Assembly (NCBI GenBank): GCA_964016885.1 | Contig: OZ024740.1 | Location: 220,968,001-221,032,000, forward strand | Source of the DNA: Eledone cirrhosa | Lineage: Eukaryota | Direction: 5' to 3' | Length of the DNA stretch: 64,000 nt | Shown: piece after piece, positions 13,506 through 27,951 of the stretch | Position numbering within the stretch: the stretch's first letter is position 1 | How the letters are laid out: every line of letters begins with the position of its first letter | Notes under the pieces: generated by a model | Told to the model about the DNA's origin: nothing | Databases searched by the model: none | Seen by the model: only the letters and a program-made list of their open reading frames with translations | Translations under genes and position numbers: made by a program

Positions 13506-15437
13506 CTGAAATTGTAAAGAAAAGACATTTTTGTCACATCATCCTTGTTGGTAAATAAAAATCTAATTAACTGTCAGGCACTCCTTAATCATTCATCTCT
13601 CCTCTCATTACTCATGTTAGGTTCAGTACAATCAGGTCCCACAGTAACTACTACACTCAATTTTTCTTGCCCAGCACAAAGACCATCCAGAATTCCCTCC
13701 TTGCATGTTTTCCCACACTAACTACTACACCCAATCTTCCTTGACCAGAACAAAGACCATCTAGCACTCCCCTCCCCTGTATCTTTTTCCTATAGAAGTT
13801 GACTTCCAATAGTTTAAGCAAAATATCAACAGCATTAAAGTCTAAGAATGCATGTGAAGGTTAATGCGCACTGCCCCTTCCTCCAAACCTTAGTAAAAAA
13901 CAAAACAAAGCACCTCCCCTTTATAAGTAATAATGGTCTAATGCAAAACCATTAATGAAATATATGCACCTTATGAACCTCCTCTCACACCCTAAGATGA
14001 GCTGTTAGGTGTCAGTGTCTCTCTTCAAGGACACTTCCATGTTGCAAATTTGTTCTCACTCTCTCTCCTGCCTCCTCAGCAAGCTATCTGTAGCTTCCAT
14101 TGCTATCCATACCACAGTCCCCCTTTTGCCATGTTCTCATCTCTCCCACCACTAATACTCTGCTTGGCCGAGGACACAACAATCACCTTAGTATTGGTGC
14201 CATGATAAAATGCATCTAGTCTACTCAGTAAAGTAGTGGTACTGGTATCACAATAAAATGTACCCAGTACACATTGTAAAGTAGTTGGCATTTGAAAGAG
14301 AATCCAGTCATAGAAACTATGCCAAATAAAGAATGCATAAACAAGGTGTGGCCATGTGACTGTCTCATCTCAGTATGTAGTAACCTGTCCATTTCATGCC
14401 AGCATGGAAAACAAATGTAAGATAATGATAATGATGATGATTGGTGTTTACTGTTGTGGTTGTTATAGTTCACACCTGCTTCTTATTATTTTCAATCATA
14501 ATGTATTTAAGAACTTTTGTTATGTTATGTTACAAACATCAGCTAATCAATGAGAAATTTAATTATTATATTAAATCTCACAAAATTCTTGGTTATTTCC
14601 AAAGGGTTAAATCTAACTTGTCAATTATTAATGGCAACAGCTCTCTCCAGCATTTCTATCTTACATCCACACTATATCCTTGCAAGCAGGGAAAAAGCGG
14701 ACGTAAAATGAAATGATGATGATGATGATGATGATGATCCTTCTCATTAACAATTCAAAACAGGATTACCTTTCCTATATGTGTTAGGCTACTGTATGTA
14801 TCCAGTTTATAATAAGTACACTGTACCTCTAGATGTTGTATGAGACAACTAAAACAGCTGGAATTAGGAAGGGCATTTGGCCATAAAGCAATGCCACAAA
14901 AAAGGACCCCATGATGAGTATGTTTCGAGCTCGGAGGCTCATCAGGTTAGTGCTTATCTTGGTTAAAAGGACCCTGTGAAGAGTATGAAGATATTAGTAG
15001 GGTTTACAAGGCTAATCCCTATTTTAGTAGGAAAAATGGCCTTTAAACATTTGTTGTTGTTGTCATTGATGTATCATCCTTTGTTACAAAAGATTTAATC
15101 ACAGATATGTTTTCAAAGTCAGTTTTATAAGACTATGTGTCTTCCTATGACTTTATATGGGAACTTTCCATTGACCTATTCCTGCTTTTATTCTAGATAC
15201 ATTGTATCTTGTCTGATACTAATGCTACTTATAATCTAAATGTTTATTTTATGATGTTTTTCTCAGTGTGATTATTGGTGTTTCTTGTCTAGACATTGAT
15301 TTTTGAAGCTTTATGGGGAAAATTTGTTAAAAATAATCAAAATCAGAAAAATTATATCTAACTCTAAATTCAAAATTTGCCAATTACAAAGATAAAACAA
15401 AAAAAGACAACTTATTAATATATGTTAAATGACTTAC

Positions 15438-15623
15438 TAGTAAAATTTCCACGGCACCAATGATGTACATAGATGATGCTACAGAAGTGCCAAGGTAGAA
15501 TAAAATACCAACAGCGCCACCAAACTCTGGTCCCAGAGACCGTGATATCATGAAGTATGACCCTCCAGCAGGTACTACACCGTTAGTGGCAATAGCACTC
15601 ATGGAGATTGAAGTGAGTAATGT
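15438..15623 (-). CDS. SLC12A (KCC): KCC exon (TM2-TM3)
   Basis: [45 protein letters not shown], a highly conserved SLC12 motif; AG/GT borders. Confidence 0.97.
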
Positions 15624-15899
15624 CTGCAATACAATCAATAGAGAAATCAATATTTCACAATATCAAATCACACATCATTTAAATGATAGAAAAATTTCTT
15701 TTGTCAATTTTGTAAATTGGTAGAAAATATATTTTCAATAACACATAATATACTGCATACACATACAAACATATAAATACATGACAATGGTTATCGCTCG
15801 AATGAGTAAAACTCATCTTCATTGTGCATTTATATTTATTAATTTTTAAGTAGAAAGTTTTCTACAGTGAGCCAGTAAATGGTTTTTAAGTCCAGACAT

Positions 15900-16220
15900 T
15901 GAGGCCTCACTCTGTCATGAATGACCATGTGATTTGCACCTAGAAAGTTTCCCACCGAGGCACAAGCCTGGGCAAGTTTTGTTTTGTGAAAGACCAGTAG
16001 TCATCCTTGCATACCAGTCTCCCTCTCCACGCCACTGATGTTGTCCAATACAGCTTGGCACCAGTGATGTCGTAACTCATTTCTACAGCTGAGTAAACTG
16101 GAGCAATGTGAAATAAAGCGTCTTGTTCAAGGACACAATGCATTACCCGGTCAGAGAATCAAACTCACAACCTCTCAATTGCAAGCCCAATGCTCTAACC
16201 ACTAAACCATGTGCCTTCAT
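15900..16220 (-). mobile_element. tRNA-derived SINE with the same head and a different tail
   Basis: Reverse complement gaaggcacatggtttagtggttagagcattgggc...ccttgaacaagacgctttatttcacattgctccag. Confidence 0.75.
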
Positions 16221-16627
16221 ACATACATATACTGCTCATACAAGTTAATACAAATATATAGTATAAATAAAGATTCATACACTTATACACTTAACATGCA
16301 TGTACAACTGTAGGTTTCGGGGTCCAGTTATGGCCACCACTGTATAGTGGAGGAACCTCTTCAAAACTGGCCTCTCATGCCTGAGCGCTTGATGAGAGGC
16401 TCCTCCACTATACAGTGATTTTATTCGGCTCCTTAATCCTCCTTAATCCTTACATTTTTTATTTTGTTTTTAACAATTTTTGGAAAAATGCAAAAATGAA
16501 CATATAATGAGGCAGTAAAATAACAAAACACGACACTAGCACTCAAAGAGTTCAGATTTTAGCTGAACTTAGTAGCTGATAAAAGGGGAAACTTATGAAT
16601 ATTAAAAAAAACTGAAGATTGACTTAC

Positions 16628-16774
16628 TGTGGAACAGCAGACGATAACTATTATAAAACTCTCTATGGCACCAGCGCACCCCACAATCCAGGTCATACGC
16701 ACAAACAGCAGAACACCAAATATATTTTGAATACATGGCAGGTATACTCCCATTAATGTTCCTAGCTTGGCTCC
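16628..16774 (-). CDS. SLC12A (KCC): KCC exon (TM1-TM2)
   Basis: [35 protein letters not shown]...CCST is the KCC TM1 signature; AG/GT borders. Confidence 0.95.
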
Positions 16775-16867
16775 CTGGAAACAAAACAACATAACTCAAT
16801 TTTTATTTTAAATTTCAAATGAAATAAACATTAGAGATGCTTTGACCCAAGCAGAAACTGCACGAAT

Positions 16868-17320
16868 AACCCTTTTGATACCAAACAGCCTGAAACCCAC
16901 TCTGGTCCTATGATATAAAGCAGTTATTTTGATCTATTTTAAGAAATTATTTATCTAAAAACCTTCCAGTATAATTTTATGTAAGAATTTTAATTACTGT
17001 ATGTACTTGATATAAGCCAACCACCCCCTATATTATGTCTGAGAAATGGGCAAAAATCCAAACCCCCATTTATAAGTTGAGGGAGTTAACAGATTGTTTA
17101 GATGGCGAATATAAACCTAACTCCCCATCGTACCATCGATTTTTTGTGTTATATATCCCTTGGCTTATATTTAAGTATATACAGTAAGTTATGCACCTCA
17201 TGCCATCTTAATAACATGAGTTAGTTATATTATCAAATCCTTTCAAATTCATGATTATTTAAAAAAAATATTTGAAAATTATAGGTAGCATCTTTCATTA
17301 GAAATATAACGAAAGGGTTT
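16868..17320. mobile_element. Degenerate MITE of a second CCCTTT-TIR family (relatives at about 55077-55506 and 29480-29602)
   Basis: taacccttttgatacc...aacgaaagggttta; internal sequence shared among the copies. Confidence 0.5.
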
Positions 17321-18439
17321 ATTATGTTCTTACTTTAAATTGTGATCAGAGCATTCCAGTTATTGGGAACTCTTCCACATCTTCAGCTGGTATCTCAGTA
17401 TCACAAGTGTTTTGCTCCCAAGCCTGTTTATAACTTTTTATGATGTTTTACAGAAATATCATACTGCAAACTATACACAGAGTTCACCAAAAACTTAGTT
17501 CTTCATATGGATTCTTACAGTGATGAGGGAATATCACAAAAGTTATGATGACCATCATGTGTGTGTAATGATAAGTATCCTGGCATATTAATATCATAAC
17601 TTTTATGGCTGGTTCATCTTCTACTGCAAGAGAATGGGTTGCAGATGGTGAATAGCGATATAGCCACCAGATATGATGGCTAGTTGTGATATAAGCGGGT
17701 ACCTGCCGGAAGAATATGCAACCCAGGATTAACAGTGGTAAAACTACTAGGGGAACTTACGAAAATCTCACATAACCCAGTGACGTAGCTATGATGAGGT
17801 AAGTAAAGTTTGCCTCTAAAAAAACCTAGTCTTCACGGTTTGACAAAGTACCAGATTGGTGACTGACGTGAATAAGACCACCAAAACTGCAACTGCAATA
17901 TGGTAAAAGGAACAATAAAAGAACCATACTACATCATCCTTTACATGAATTAACAAGGGACACGTTCAGGCCGTAGGTTCAAAAAATATATTGCAGTCTC
18001 CATTTCATGCTGCAAAAACTGGTGATGGGCCTGCAAACTGTCCTGGGAGGTGTGGGATGGACACACAAAAATTGCATATCCAGAGACCTCAAAGAGGATC
18101 CAAAAGAGAGCAAACCATAGCAGGTTCATTTTTTATAAAGTTGAATCTGTTCTTTAAGAAATCATAGATGATCCCAAGTTAGACATGTGAGAGTGTTAAG
18201 ACATTTAAGAAGCGGTTATGAAGAATTATATACAAAAAATATTCTGTAAAAAAATTCTGATGGCAATTATGATTAAATATATGACCTTGCTAATAGGACT
18301 TAGGTCTCTATCAGTAAACTCCCTAAGAAGCAAATTATGAGACGCAACCTCATGGGAGGCCAGCTTAACCTACATAAGTGTGAGCCATAAGAAAAATGCA
18401 AACATAAACCCAAACCAAACAAAACGAAATCCCATTCAC

Positions 18440-18553
18440 CTTGCTCTTTTTGGGTGCAGCCTCTTCCTCTTCGAGGTTTGGAGCAATTCCTGCTTGGTAA
18501 TTACCGATTCGGTTGATAATATTCGAAATTTTACCTCTTCGTTGTAAATCTTC
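18440..18553 (-). CDS. SLC12A (KCC): KCC exon (N-terminal tail)
   Basis: tttag|...|gtgaat; EDLQRRGKISNIINRIGNYQAGIAPNLEEEEAAPKKSK; 114 nt, phase 0-0. Confidence 0.85.
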
Positions 18554-19279
18554 CTAAAAACAAAAATGGAAAGAAATTCAATGGTGAATATTTCAAAGAG
18601 ATTAGAAAAGTAAAGAAGAAGGATTTATGCAAATCAAAGTTTATGAAATAGTTCCAGAACAGATGAAAATAAATAAAAATAATTGGAGCTGTGCAATAAT
18701 GTGTCACCTTCGGCATCAGAAGTGTAAAATACAAAGTTGCTTTCTTCAATTTGGAGACACAGTCACCCGATCAATCTTGCCTCAAGTGGGACAATTCCCA
18801 TCTAACCCATACTAGCATGGAAGATAGATGTTAAACAATGATGATGATACCTACGCTTTCCTATAGTTATGAATTTTGAGTAATCACTAAAAGAATATGA
18901 TTACAAATACAAGAAGCTGAAATGGGGTTCCTTTGAAGGGTCCCCGGAGTGACATTACTTAATAGGGTATGTAGTTCAGAGATCAGGGAGTTGCTCCCAG
19001 TAGAGTCACAACTTCTCAGAATTGAGAGATCACAGTTCCATTACAATAGATATGGAGTTAGAACGTCAAAGGAAAGAACTGCTGGACAGATTCTATGGCC
19101 AGTTGACCTAGTTAGACCATGAGCACCATGAGCTTGGTTGGTCTCGATTGGGGATCCAGGCAGATTAATTGAAGACAGTTTCTTCTGATAGGACTCTTTG
19201 GAAGGTGTGCCTGATGACTGCCTCCATTTATCATTTATTTCTTAGTGGCAAAAATTTTGCTGTACTGTTAGTGATTTGG

Positions 19280-19515
19280 TCACTGCCACAGTTACACACC
19301 AGCTCCATACCACAGTTACACTCCATAGTTCCATACCACAATTCCACTGATATAGTTTCACTGTCACAATTCCACTCCACAGTTCCACACCACAGCACAG
19401 CACAGATCCACAAGACAGTTTCACTCCACAGTTCCACACCACAGCACAGTTCCACTCCAAAATCTCACACCACAGTACCACACCAGTCCCACTGTCACAG
19501 CTCTATTCCCCAGTT
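19280..19515. repeat. Degenerate CACAGTTC-like short repeat
   Basis: Recurrent ccacagttccac motifs. Confidence 0.7.
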
Positions 19516-20687
19516 CCTGTCAATGACCAGGTCACAGACAATGTGACAAAAATGTTGACACCAAGAAAACAAATAATTAATGGAATGTGAAGTTAACAGT
19601 TTTTTGTGTATTTCTGAATAGCTACAATGACTCTTCCATGATATAACTGCTTTAGTTTCAACAGCACGGCTTAAGATCAACTAAAAAAACCCAGTAACTT
19701 CCAGATATATTATTGAAGGGAAAGCTCAAACATGCCCAAGTCTTATTCAACACTGATTTAATGATTTAGAATCAGTGTCTATCTCTATAGCAACATAATC
19801 TTTCACAGAATCTAAATTATTTCACAATAATTATCATAGCCTACATGATAACTAATTGTTTAACATTGATATGGTTTCTGCCTGGGAATTCTAGACTCCA
19901 AACTAAAGTAGTTGCTAGTTTGTTGGGAATACTAAGCAATGCTGATTTATTATATGGAGACACCACAACTGATTTACAGGGTGGTGTGTTATATGGACAC
20001 AAGGCTGTTGATTTATAAAGGCAGAGAAATAAGAGTGTATGTTATTCATGACTCTTTTCAAAAGCATTAGTGACATAGATACAACTGAAAATCAAAACTG
20101 TGTCCAGAACTTTGTGGGATGGGTGGGAGATTTACTTGCATACAACAGCAAACAATATTACATTTTACTTCATAATGTCCATTGTTCTTATTTCAAGTTG
20201 AAACAAACAAATGTGGGTAGGTGTAAAAGTATTGTAAAAAATATGTACATTGTATATAAAGGTGAAAGTATAGCCATGTGGTTAAGATGTTCATATTGTA
20301 GTCTTGTAGTTCTGTGTGTGATCCTACTCTGTGACACCTTGAGCAAGTGTTTCCTGCTGTAGTCTTTCATTGATTAATGATTTGAAAATGGAATTTAGTA
20401 GAGAGAAATTGTACAAAAGTCTGGCTTAAATATATGTGTATTTGTGTGTGTATCAATGTTTTGTGTACACTGCTGCACCAAGTTGTGTCCCTTTATATCA
20501 AGAAGTTAACTTAGATTTCCAGTAAAGAGCATTAAAATAAATAGTTAAATAAGTACTGGGTTTGATATGTCAATATGATTGACTAAAATCTCTTAAAGAA
20601 GGTGCTCCAGTATGACTGCATAACAACGGCCAAAGCTAGTAAAAGAATAGAAAGACTACAATTCTAGATAATTTCATAGGACTGAAA

Positions 20688-20970
20688 ACCAGTCTAGTCA
20701 ACTGCAATCTTGTTAACCACAGTCTAGTTAACTGCAGTCTTGTTAACCACAGTCTAGTTAACTATGATATAGTTAACCATAGCGTAGTTAACCGCAGTCT
20801 AAACATCTGCAGTCGAGTTAACCGCAGTCTAGTTAACCAGAGTATAGTTAACACCAATGCAGTTAACCAGAGTATAGTTAACATCAGTGTAGTTAACCAG
20901 AGTATAATTAACACCAGTGTAGTTAACCAGAGTCTAGTTAATCACAATATAGTTAACCACAGTATAGATA
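20688..20970. repeat. 15-bp tandem repeat (AGTCTAGTTAACCAC-like)
   Basis: GTTAAC recurs every 15 nt. Confidence 0.85.
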
Positions 20971-23900
20971 ATATCTGTTGTGTAACAAGGCATTTTAGAT
21001 AGATAGGTCTGAGGCCAGCTTTGTCTTTTATACTTTTAGGGTCAATAAAATAAAGTACCAGTCTAGGATGGTAGACTGATGGAATTGTTAAAGCATTGGC
21101 TGAAAAGCCTAGCAATATTTCTTCTGGTTCCTTGCATTATGAGTTCCAATCCCACTGTTGCTCTACTTGGGTGGTAGACTTCATCTGTCATCAGCTTTAA
21201 CATGTCTATTTAGCTCATGTGCTTTTAGCAGAGTCCACATTGAGGCAAGCATTCAGACCAAATTTTTGGTTTGAGAATACATTTCTCCATCCTCTTCAAT
21301 AGTCTTAGGAACTTCAAAAAGGGTATAGCCTCAGCCCCTACCACTGACTAAATAATTGTTTCTGATTTAGGCACAAGGCCAACACTTTTGGGGTGAGGGG
21401 AAAGTTGATTAAATTGACCGCAGTGTGTTACTGGTACTTTATTTTATCGACCCTGCAAGGATGAAAGGCAAAGCTAACCTTGGCGGGATTTGAACTTAGA
21501 ACATAAAGAGCTGTAACTCTATGTTATGCAGTATGTCTTTGTCTCTTTTAGAGACAGTAGAATGTGATTTGAGAGAAATTTAGCTGCCATTTCTAGCAGG
21601 TCAAGTGAAAACATAGCGGCTTCCTCCTTGGTTCAACTAGTGCTCTGTTGAGCAACAAAGTCAGACTACATTATCTAATATGACCTTGTCTCTTTTAGAA
21701 TGTGATTTGAGAGTGATTTGGCAGCTATTTCCAGCAGTTTAAGTGACCACATAGAGGTTTCCTCCTTGGTTCAACTCGTGCTGTGTTATGCAACTAAGTC
21801 AAAGGTTTCCAAACTGTATGTCATGACACTTAACTTCATTGCTGATGATAATCTCTAGACGTGTCATGAAATTAAGTCAAACCCGATTAATTTTTACCAA
21901 TACATTTATAATCTGACAATTAGATATATGACTGGTGTCATGTAATATGATAATTGTCCATTTATTAATTCTGTTAATTTCAATTTGCCAGCAAAATTTA
22001 ATTAATATGTAATGAAAATGTTATTTTTCAGAAAGTTTGTCACCAATGTGAAAAATTTAGAAAGTTTTGATATAACGAAGTGATTCAGACTCTATAGTTG
22101 CCTTAGGAAAGGCATCAAATTGTGAGTATTTTAATTTTTTTAACAATTCATGCTCATATTTCATTTGGTGAGATCAACCATGAGAATGTAGCATGGCTGA
22201 ATGGTCATGTAGACATTAAGTTAATGAGTAGACTGTTCTGTTGATTAAACAGTTGGAACAGTCATCAATGAAGCTGATAGAAGTCCAGCTCAATACAATA
22301 TCTTGCCTCAAGAATCTCTTATGATGAAGCATCGTAAGCTAACCAGACTAATACAAATGTTTCACCTTTAAATATCAAAAAATGTAATTTATAAGTTCTT
22401 GGTGAAGGCATGTGGCTCAGTGATTAGAGAATTGGATTCACAATCATGAGGTTGTGAGTTTGATTGCTGGTTCAGGCAATGTACCATGTCCTTGAGCAAG
22501 ATACTTTATTTCAGATTTCTCCTTCTGACAGGAGTTGTGACCAGCAGATAGTACCAGCAAGTCCAATGGAAACTTTGTTTCCTTGGTCTGATCTGGGAAG
22601 CGAATGAGGTCTGGGATCTTGTCAATTTGGATCATTCTTTCATTCATAATCTCTTGCTTTTAAAAAATAATTATTTCTTAGTCTCATAATATGACATGCA
22701 TTACATTTTAATGATCTTTAATCAGACTCTTTCCTCTTTCAACTCTTGGGTATCACTCCTCTTCTAATCACTCACACAGTCACATTGCCTTGAAAGTTTG
22801 GAGACAGCATAAGACTTGACAAACTCTTTGGTGTAGATGCCGCGATAATATGCACCCATTGCACCTTGTAAAGTGGGTAGTGATTAAAGCTGAACAACAT
22901 AGTACTTGACAACCTTTCTATTGCTGGCAGCACAATAAAATACACCTACAGTGTTCTGTAAATTGGTTGGTGTTAAGAAGGGCATCCAGCTATAGAAACC
23001 ATGCCAAAAATGGAATATATTGAGGAAGACATGATCCTCTATCTCGGTTACAAGGGCAGTAATTCTGTATAAGGCAATTTATCTAACAGATGCTAGCATG
23101 GAAAGCAGACACAAAAGTGGTGGTGGTGGTGATGGTGGTGATGGTGATGACGATGGCGATATAATATCCTGCCAATATTATCAGGCATACCAGAATCTCT
23201 AAGCCTTTATTTATACAGAAGTGAATATCAAAGAACATAATAGGGATGCCTAGATACAATATCTAGGTTAAACAGTAATAAGCTACAATCCTAAAAAGTC
23301 AATGGTGACCAGTGTTGATTTACAAGAACATGACATATTCTGGTTAAAGTTAAATAATGAGGTATGTTGGGGGTGTACATGTTCTTTCCCACCATAAAAT
23401 AAGGATTGGACTTTAATTTGAAGTAGATTTTTAAGGACAGTGTCTGGCATAAAAAATTCCATATGATGAAATGCAACAAACAAAAAAAAGAAAGGTGCTG
23501 CAATAAAATACACCCAGTAAACTCTGTAAGGTGGTAGTGTTGGTGCTTTGATAAAATGCACCCAGGAAACACTGTAAAGTGGTATGGTTGGTGCCATGAT
23601 AAAATGCCCTCAGTACACTTTGTAAAGTGGCAGTGCTAGTGCCATGATAAAATGTACCCAGGTTATTCTGTAAAGTGGTAGTGCTGGTGCGATGATAAAA
23701 TACACTCAGTACAGTCTGTAAGGAAGAGCATCCAGTCATCAAAACCATACCAAAAGATGAGTAATATGTAGTTTTCAGACTGTGACAACCCATGCCAGCA
23801 TGGAAAGTAGGCATAAAATGATGATGAAAGAGGTTTAACAATTTTAAGTGAATGTGTGTGAGTTCCTCATTCTAATACTCTATTACATGTTCCAGCTGAA

Positions 23901-26189
23901 AAGCTGAGGCCATGCTGGGCACTGCCATTAAATCAATAAAACAAAATCTAAACTATATTTCAAAAAGTTAAATCTGTGGATTGGCAGCACTATTTGAGTG
24001 TCAAACCAAATACTTTGTGGTATTTCTTCTAATCCTTTATGCTCTGAGTTCAAACTCTGAGGTCAACTTTGCCTTTTATCCTTCTGGGATGGGGTGGGGG
24101 TGTCATAGAAATAGTGTACCAGTCAAATATTGAGATCAGTTTTCTTCTACATCCTAAAATTTACGAACTTGTACCTAAATTAGAAATAATTATTCTGAAA
24201 CAACTAATAAATGTAGCTGGTTTTTCCATCTTTTCCTCAGAGGTGAAGCTGGTAGAATTAGACCAAAGGAAAGATAAAATACTCAATGGCATCACAATCT
24301 TTTTGTTTTGAGGCAGTAAGGTAAGCCTCGAATCTGGGATGTGATTTGCAAAACTGCCATGACACCCAAACTTTGTCACTTGATGGACTGAGAATTACAA
24401 GTGAACAAAATAGAGACTACTCCCCAATAGGATTCTTGTAAAACCCATAGTGGTAGAAACAACTGGCATCTTGGGACCCCTAACCATCTACCTGTTCAGT
24501 TCCATTAGAATAGAGATGGCCATCTGAGTCATGCAAAGTAAACTGGCTCTTTCAGCACATCTCCCCCATCATCCTCTGGGATATGACATTCCTCATTTAT
24601 CCGCCATGACCATGAAACACTTGCCTGACATGCTGTGATTTTCTTTGTTTATTGTATTCCCAAAACATAAAACATTTTTGTTTTTTATAAAAAAGATACT
24701 AATAAATTAAAAACTGGTTATGCAATTACAATAAATATCTTTGATTTGATATAAAAATTATGTAAAATATTTCAGGAATGTTTTAGTGTTTATAAAACAG
24801 TAATGATAATTCGGTTTCATTGAAGTTTTGCCTATATATATATAACTTCTAAATACAATATGACAATAGGGCCTGCCATGTTTCATATATTCACATAATA
24901 TATATGTAGTACAGGCAACCTTCCTAGATTTGGGACCACTATAAAATGCAGATGGTACGCTTCAAGAAGTGGTTGGCATTTGACAATTAATAAACAAAGG
25001 GTAGGGAGGGCTCTTCAATCATGTCAAGGACATGATGATCTTTAGATCAATCTGTAGAAACCATGCCAAAACTGAAATATATGTAAGCAAGACATGGTCC
25101 TCAGCCTGTGTAAAAGAACCATAGCTGTCATTAAGTAGTGACTTGGTTTTATAAGGACATGATCATCCTACACTAGTATGGACATGTGGAGAACAATAGC
25201 TGTCATTAAATATTGACATGGTCTCTAAGGACCTGATTATCCTATGTCAGTATGGAAATGTGGATGTAAAATGGTGGTGTAATAACAGTAATGTACTATG
25301 TGTATTCTTTTGACTGGGATGAAAAAACAAAAACAGAAACGAGATAATGTAAACTAAAACTATGACGTAATGATCAAAAAGTTGAACAGTTAATGGTTTT
25401 AAAAGTTACTTTCTTCCTTACCATTTTTCTCAATGTTTGAATCTGTCAAACTCAAATGTTGCAGCTAGGCTCACGTCAATTACTATTAGTGCAGCAGTCA
25501 CTTTGAGACATGTATAACACTGTGTAGAATATTGACATTTTGTATTAAATAAGATAGATTCTACACATCCCTCTGGTCATCATTTATTAATGGTTTTATA
25601 GTTGTGATGATGTAGATTTACCATAGTATTAATCTAACCTAGCCTTTATGGGTCATATTCAAGTAACAGCCATGTTGACTTTTCATTCTTAGGAAGTATA
25701 GAATTTAGTTACATTATGCAAAATTAATTAAGCAGTGCATTTTTTAGCAGAATCATTAGAGTGTAGTTCAAATTCTGCTACGGTCAGCAAATTAGTAGAA
25801 TTGCCTTGCAGCATTTGTTCTAGCTCTTGGCAATCTTCAAATCTCACTGTGGTTCATTTGGGTAATAAACTTAATCTGTTGCCCAGTGTCAGCTAGTTTT
25901 TGGATGCTTTTAGTGGAAACTGCTGTGTTGCAAGCATTCACACCAGGTCTCTGGTTTGATGATACCTTCTTTCTTTCCTACTAACTATTGCTAAGACACT
26001 GAAAAGAGTCATGAACACTGCCCTTCTCTTCTTGACTAAAACTTGATAGACCTTAATTATATAAGAGTTACAGAGAAATGGTTAAGTTAATTTTATATAA
26101 AGGAAAAAACACAAAAGAGTAACTGATTTTAAGATCAGATCAAGGAAACTATGTTTCAATTGGTCTTCTTTCCATTACTGATACTATCT

Positions 26190-26477
26190 GCCTAGGTGCT
26201 TTTTGCCATGACACCTACATAACCACTTTACAATGTGGGTAAGGTGCTTTTTGCCGTGATACCTACACAACTACTTTACAGAGTGGGCTGAGTGCTTTTT
26301 GCTGTGATGCCTCCACAACCACTTTACAGTGCGAGCTGAATGCGTTTTGCTGTGATACCTACACAACCACTCTACAGTGTGGGCTGAGTGCTTTTTGCCG
26401 TGATGCCTACATAACCACTTTACAGTGTGGGCTGGGTGCTTTTTGCCGTGATGCTTCTTAGACAACCACTTTACTGT
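26190..26477 (-). repeat. About 48-bp tandem array (RTE 3' UTR subunit)
   Basis: gtgctttttgccgtgatacctacacaaccactttacagtgtgggctga, about 6 copies. Confidence 0.85.
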
Positions 26478-26576
26478 GTCGTGAAAAAGAAAACTATTAC
26501 ATAAAAGAAAATATAAAAATGGCAAAAGGAAATTTATGAAAAAAGCATAAAGCAAAACAATGAACAAGCTGCTTAC

Positions 26577-26659
26577 CTCGTAAAGAGCCAACTGATGATG
26601 TCCAATATCTTCATTGTTATCAGTCAATGGTTCTTGCTCTCGATTCTGAGTGTTTTCAC
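26577..26659 (-). CDS. SLC12A (KCC): K-Cl cotransporter (KCC, SLC12A4-7 family), N-terminal cytoplasmic exon
   Basis: ttcag|...|gtaagc; (G)ENTQNREQEPLTDNNEDIGHHQLALYE; joins the next exon to give LALYEED, like the KCC 'ALFEEE' motif. Confidence 0.8.
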
Positions 26660-26855
26660 CTGAATATAACAAACCATAACAAATATAATTAGAATATTGT
26701 TATAACTTCATTTCCCAGATTTAATTAAGTCCTTGAACAACGACTTAATTAAATGAATGGTCATTTAACCTATGCTAAAAAGGATCTGTGTAATTTTGCA
26801 TAACCTATTTATCTAACTAGAAATTAATCAAACAGTCAATATATATATATATAAA

Positions 26856-26887
<32 letters not shown>

Positions 26888-26975
26888 CATATATTGATAT
26901 CCGGGAGCTTCCAACCGACATGGTCGCATTCTATAAGGGTATGTCAATATTTGTTTATAAAACTGATCTATATTA

Positions 26976-27040
26976 TATTTTATCTGATGAAAGCGCACCA
27001 TAATTTGCTTTGGTGTCCTTGAAATATGTATAATGAAATA
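26976..27040 (+). ncRNA. Type I hammerhead ribozyme (family B; element about 26895-27175)
   Basis: tattttat-CTGATGA-aagcgcacca...tggtgtcctt-GAAA-tatgta-T-A-atgaaata; 8-bp stem I. Confidence 0.7.
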
Positions 27041-27666
27041 AATATGGTTTTATAAATATAGTTTCCATTTGTTAATATATTGTATTTTTCCTCCTAAAAT
27101 TTGTTGAGTGCTTTATATCAGTTATAAAAATATTTGCTTGTTGTATCCCAACAAATTAAATATAACTTCTACATATATTGATATATATATTTTATATCAA
27201 TAAGTGCTACTTATTGATATAAAAATATAAATTATCTCTCCACTTTACATAAAGAGGTCTGTTATCAGATATTGTTTGCAACAATCCATAAAATATACAC
27301 AATAACTACATTTTTTCAATAACTACAATAACTACATTTTTTTCTCTATCTTTCATCTGTATCTCTTGACAAAGGGCTAAAGCCTGATATGTTGAACTTC
27401 TTTTCTATCTTTCATCTCAGCATGAACCTCATAACATTAACTGTTTTGTATCTCTGTGATTGCCTTATATATATATATATGTATATATATATATTGTTAT
27501 ACTTAGTGAAGGTCATATTGTTGTAATAATATTGCCAGAAATAATAACAGAACACACGCATTGTTTGGTTGGTTTTCGCTTCTGTTTTGCATAGTTAATT
27601 TATTTGGCAATCAATGTTTATCATTGATTAACCAACAGTTAAAAATACAGATATAAATATATAGTC

Positions 27667-27710
27667 TATCAAAGTTCTTTCGTTGCACATCTGCAACATC
27701 ATCAGTGGTA
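27667..27710 (-). ncRNA. Degenerate hammerhead ribozyme
   Basis: Reverse complement tacca-CTGATGA-t-gttgca-gatg-tgcaac-GAAA-gaac-tt-tgata; cleavage site decayed. Confidence 0.5.
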
Positions 27711-27918
27711 CTATTATGTTCCCTCCTATTGTATTGTATTGTATTGTATTGTAATGTCTATGCCAAGTATAACAATATTTGTTTTGACACACGATTTCAT
27801 ATAAAAACCTTGCAAAACAAATATATATATATCAAAGGTAAACAGAAATAACAACACAATCGGTACAGTATGTGGAAGGAATATATTAGGTTAACGTTTG
27901 AAATAGCAGGAAGAGGGT

Positions 27919-27951
27919 CTTAACGTTTTGGATGCTAGTCCCTCATCAGAA
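27919..27951 (-). ncRNA. Degenerate hammerhead ribozyme
   Basis: Reverse complement tt-CTGATGA-g-gga-ctagca-tcc-aAAAcgtt-aaga (GAAA mutated); related half motif at about 7675-7705. Confidence 0.4.

Noticed and set aside
17340-18400. Possible degraded transposon coding remnant
   Set aside because: Composition differs slightly from the flanks, but no recognisable motif or termini were found.
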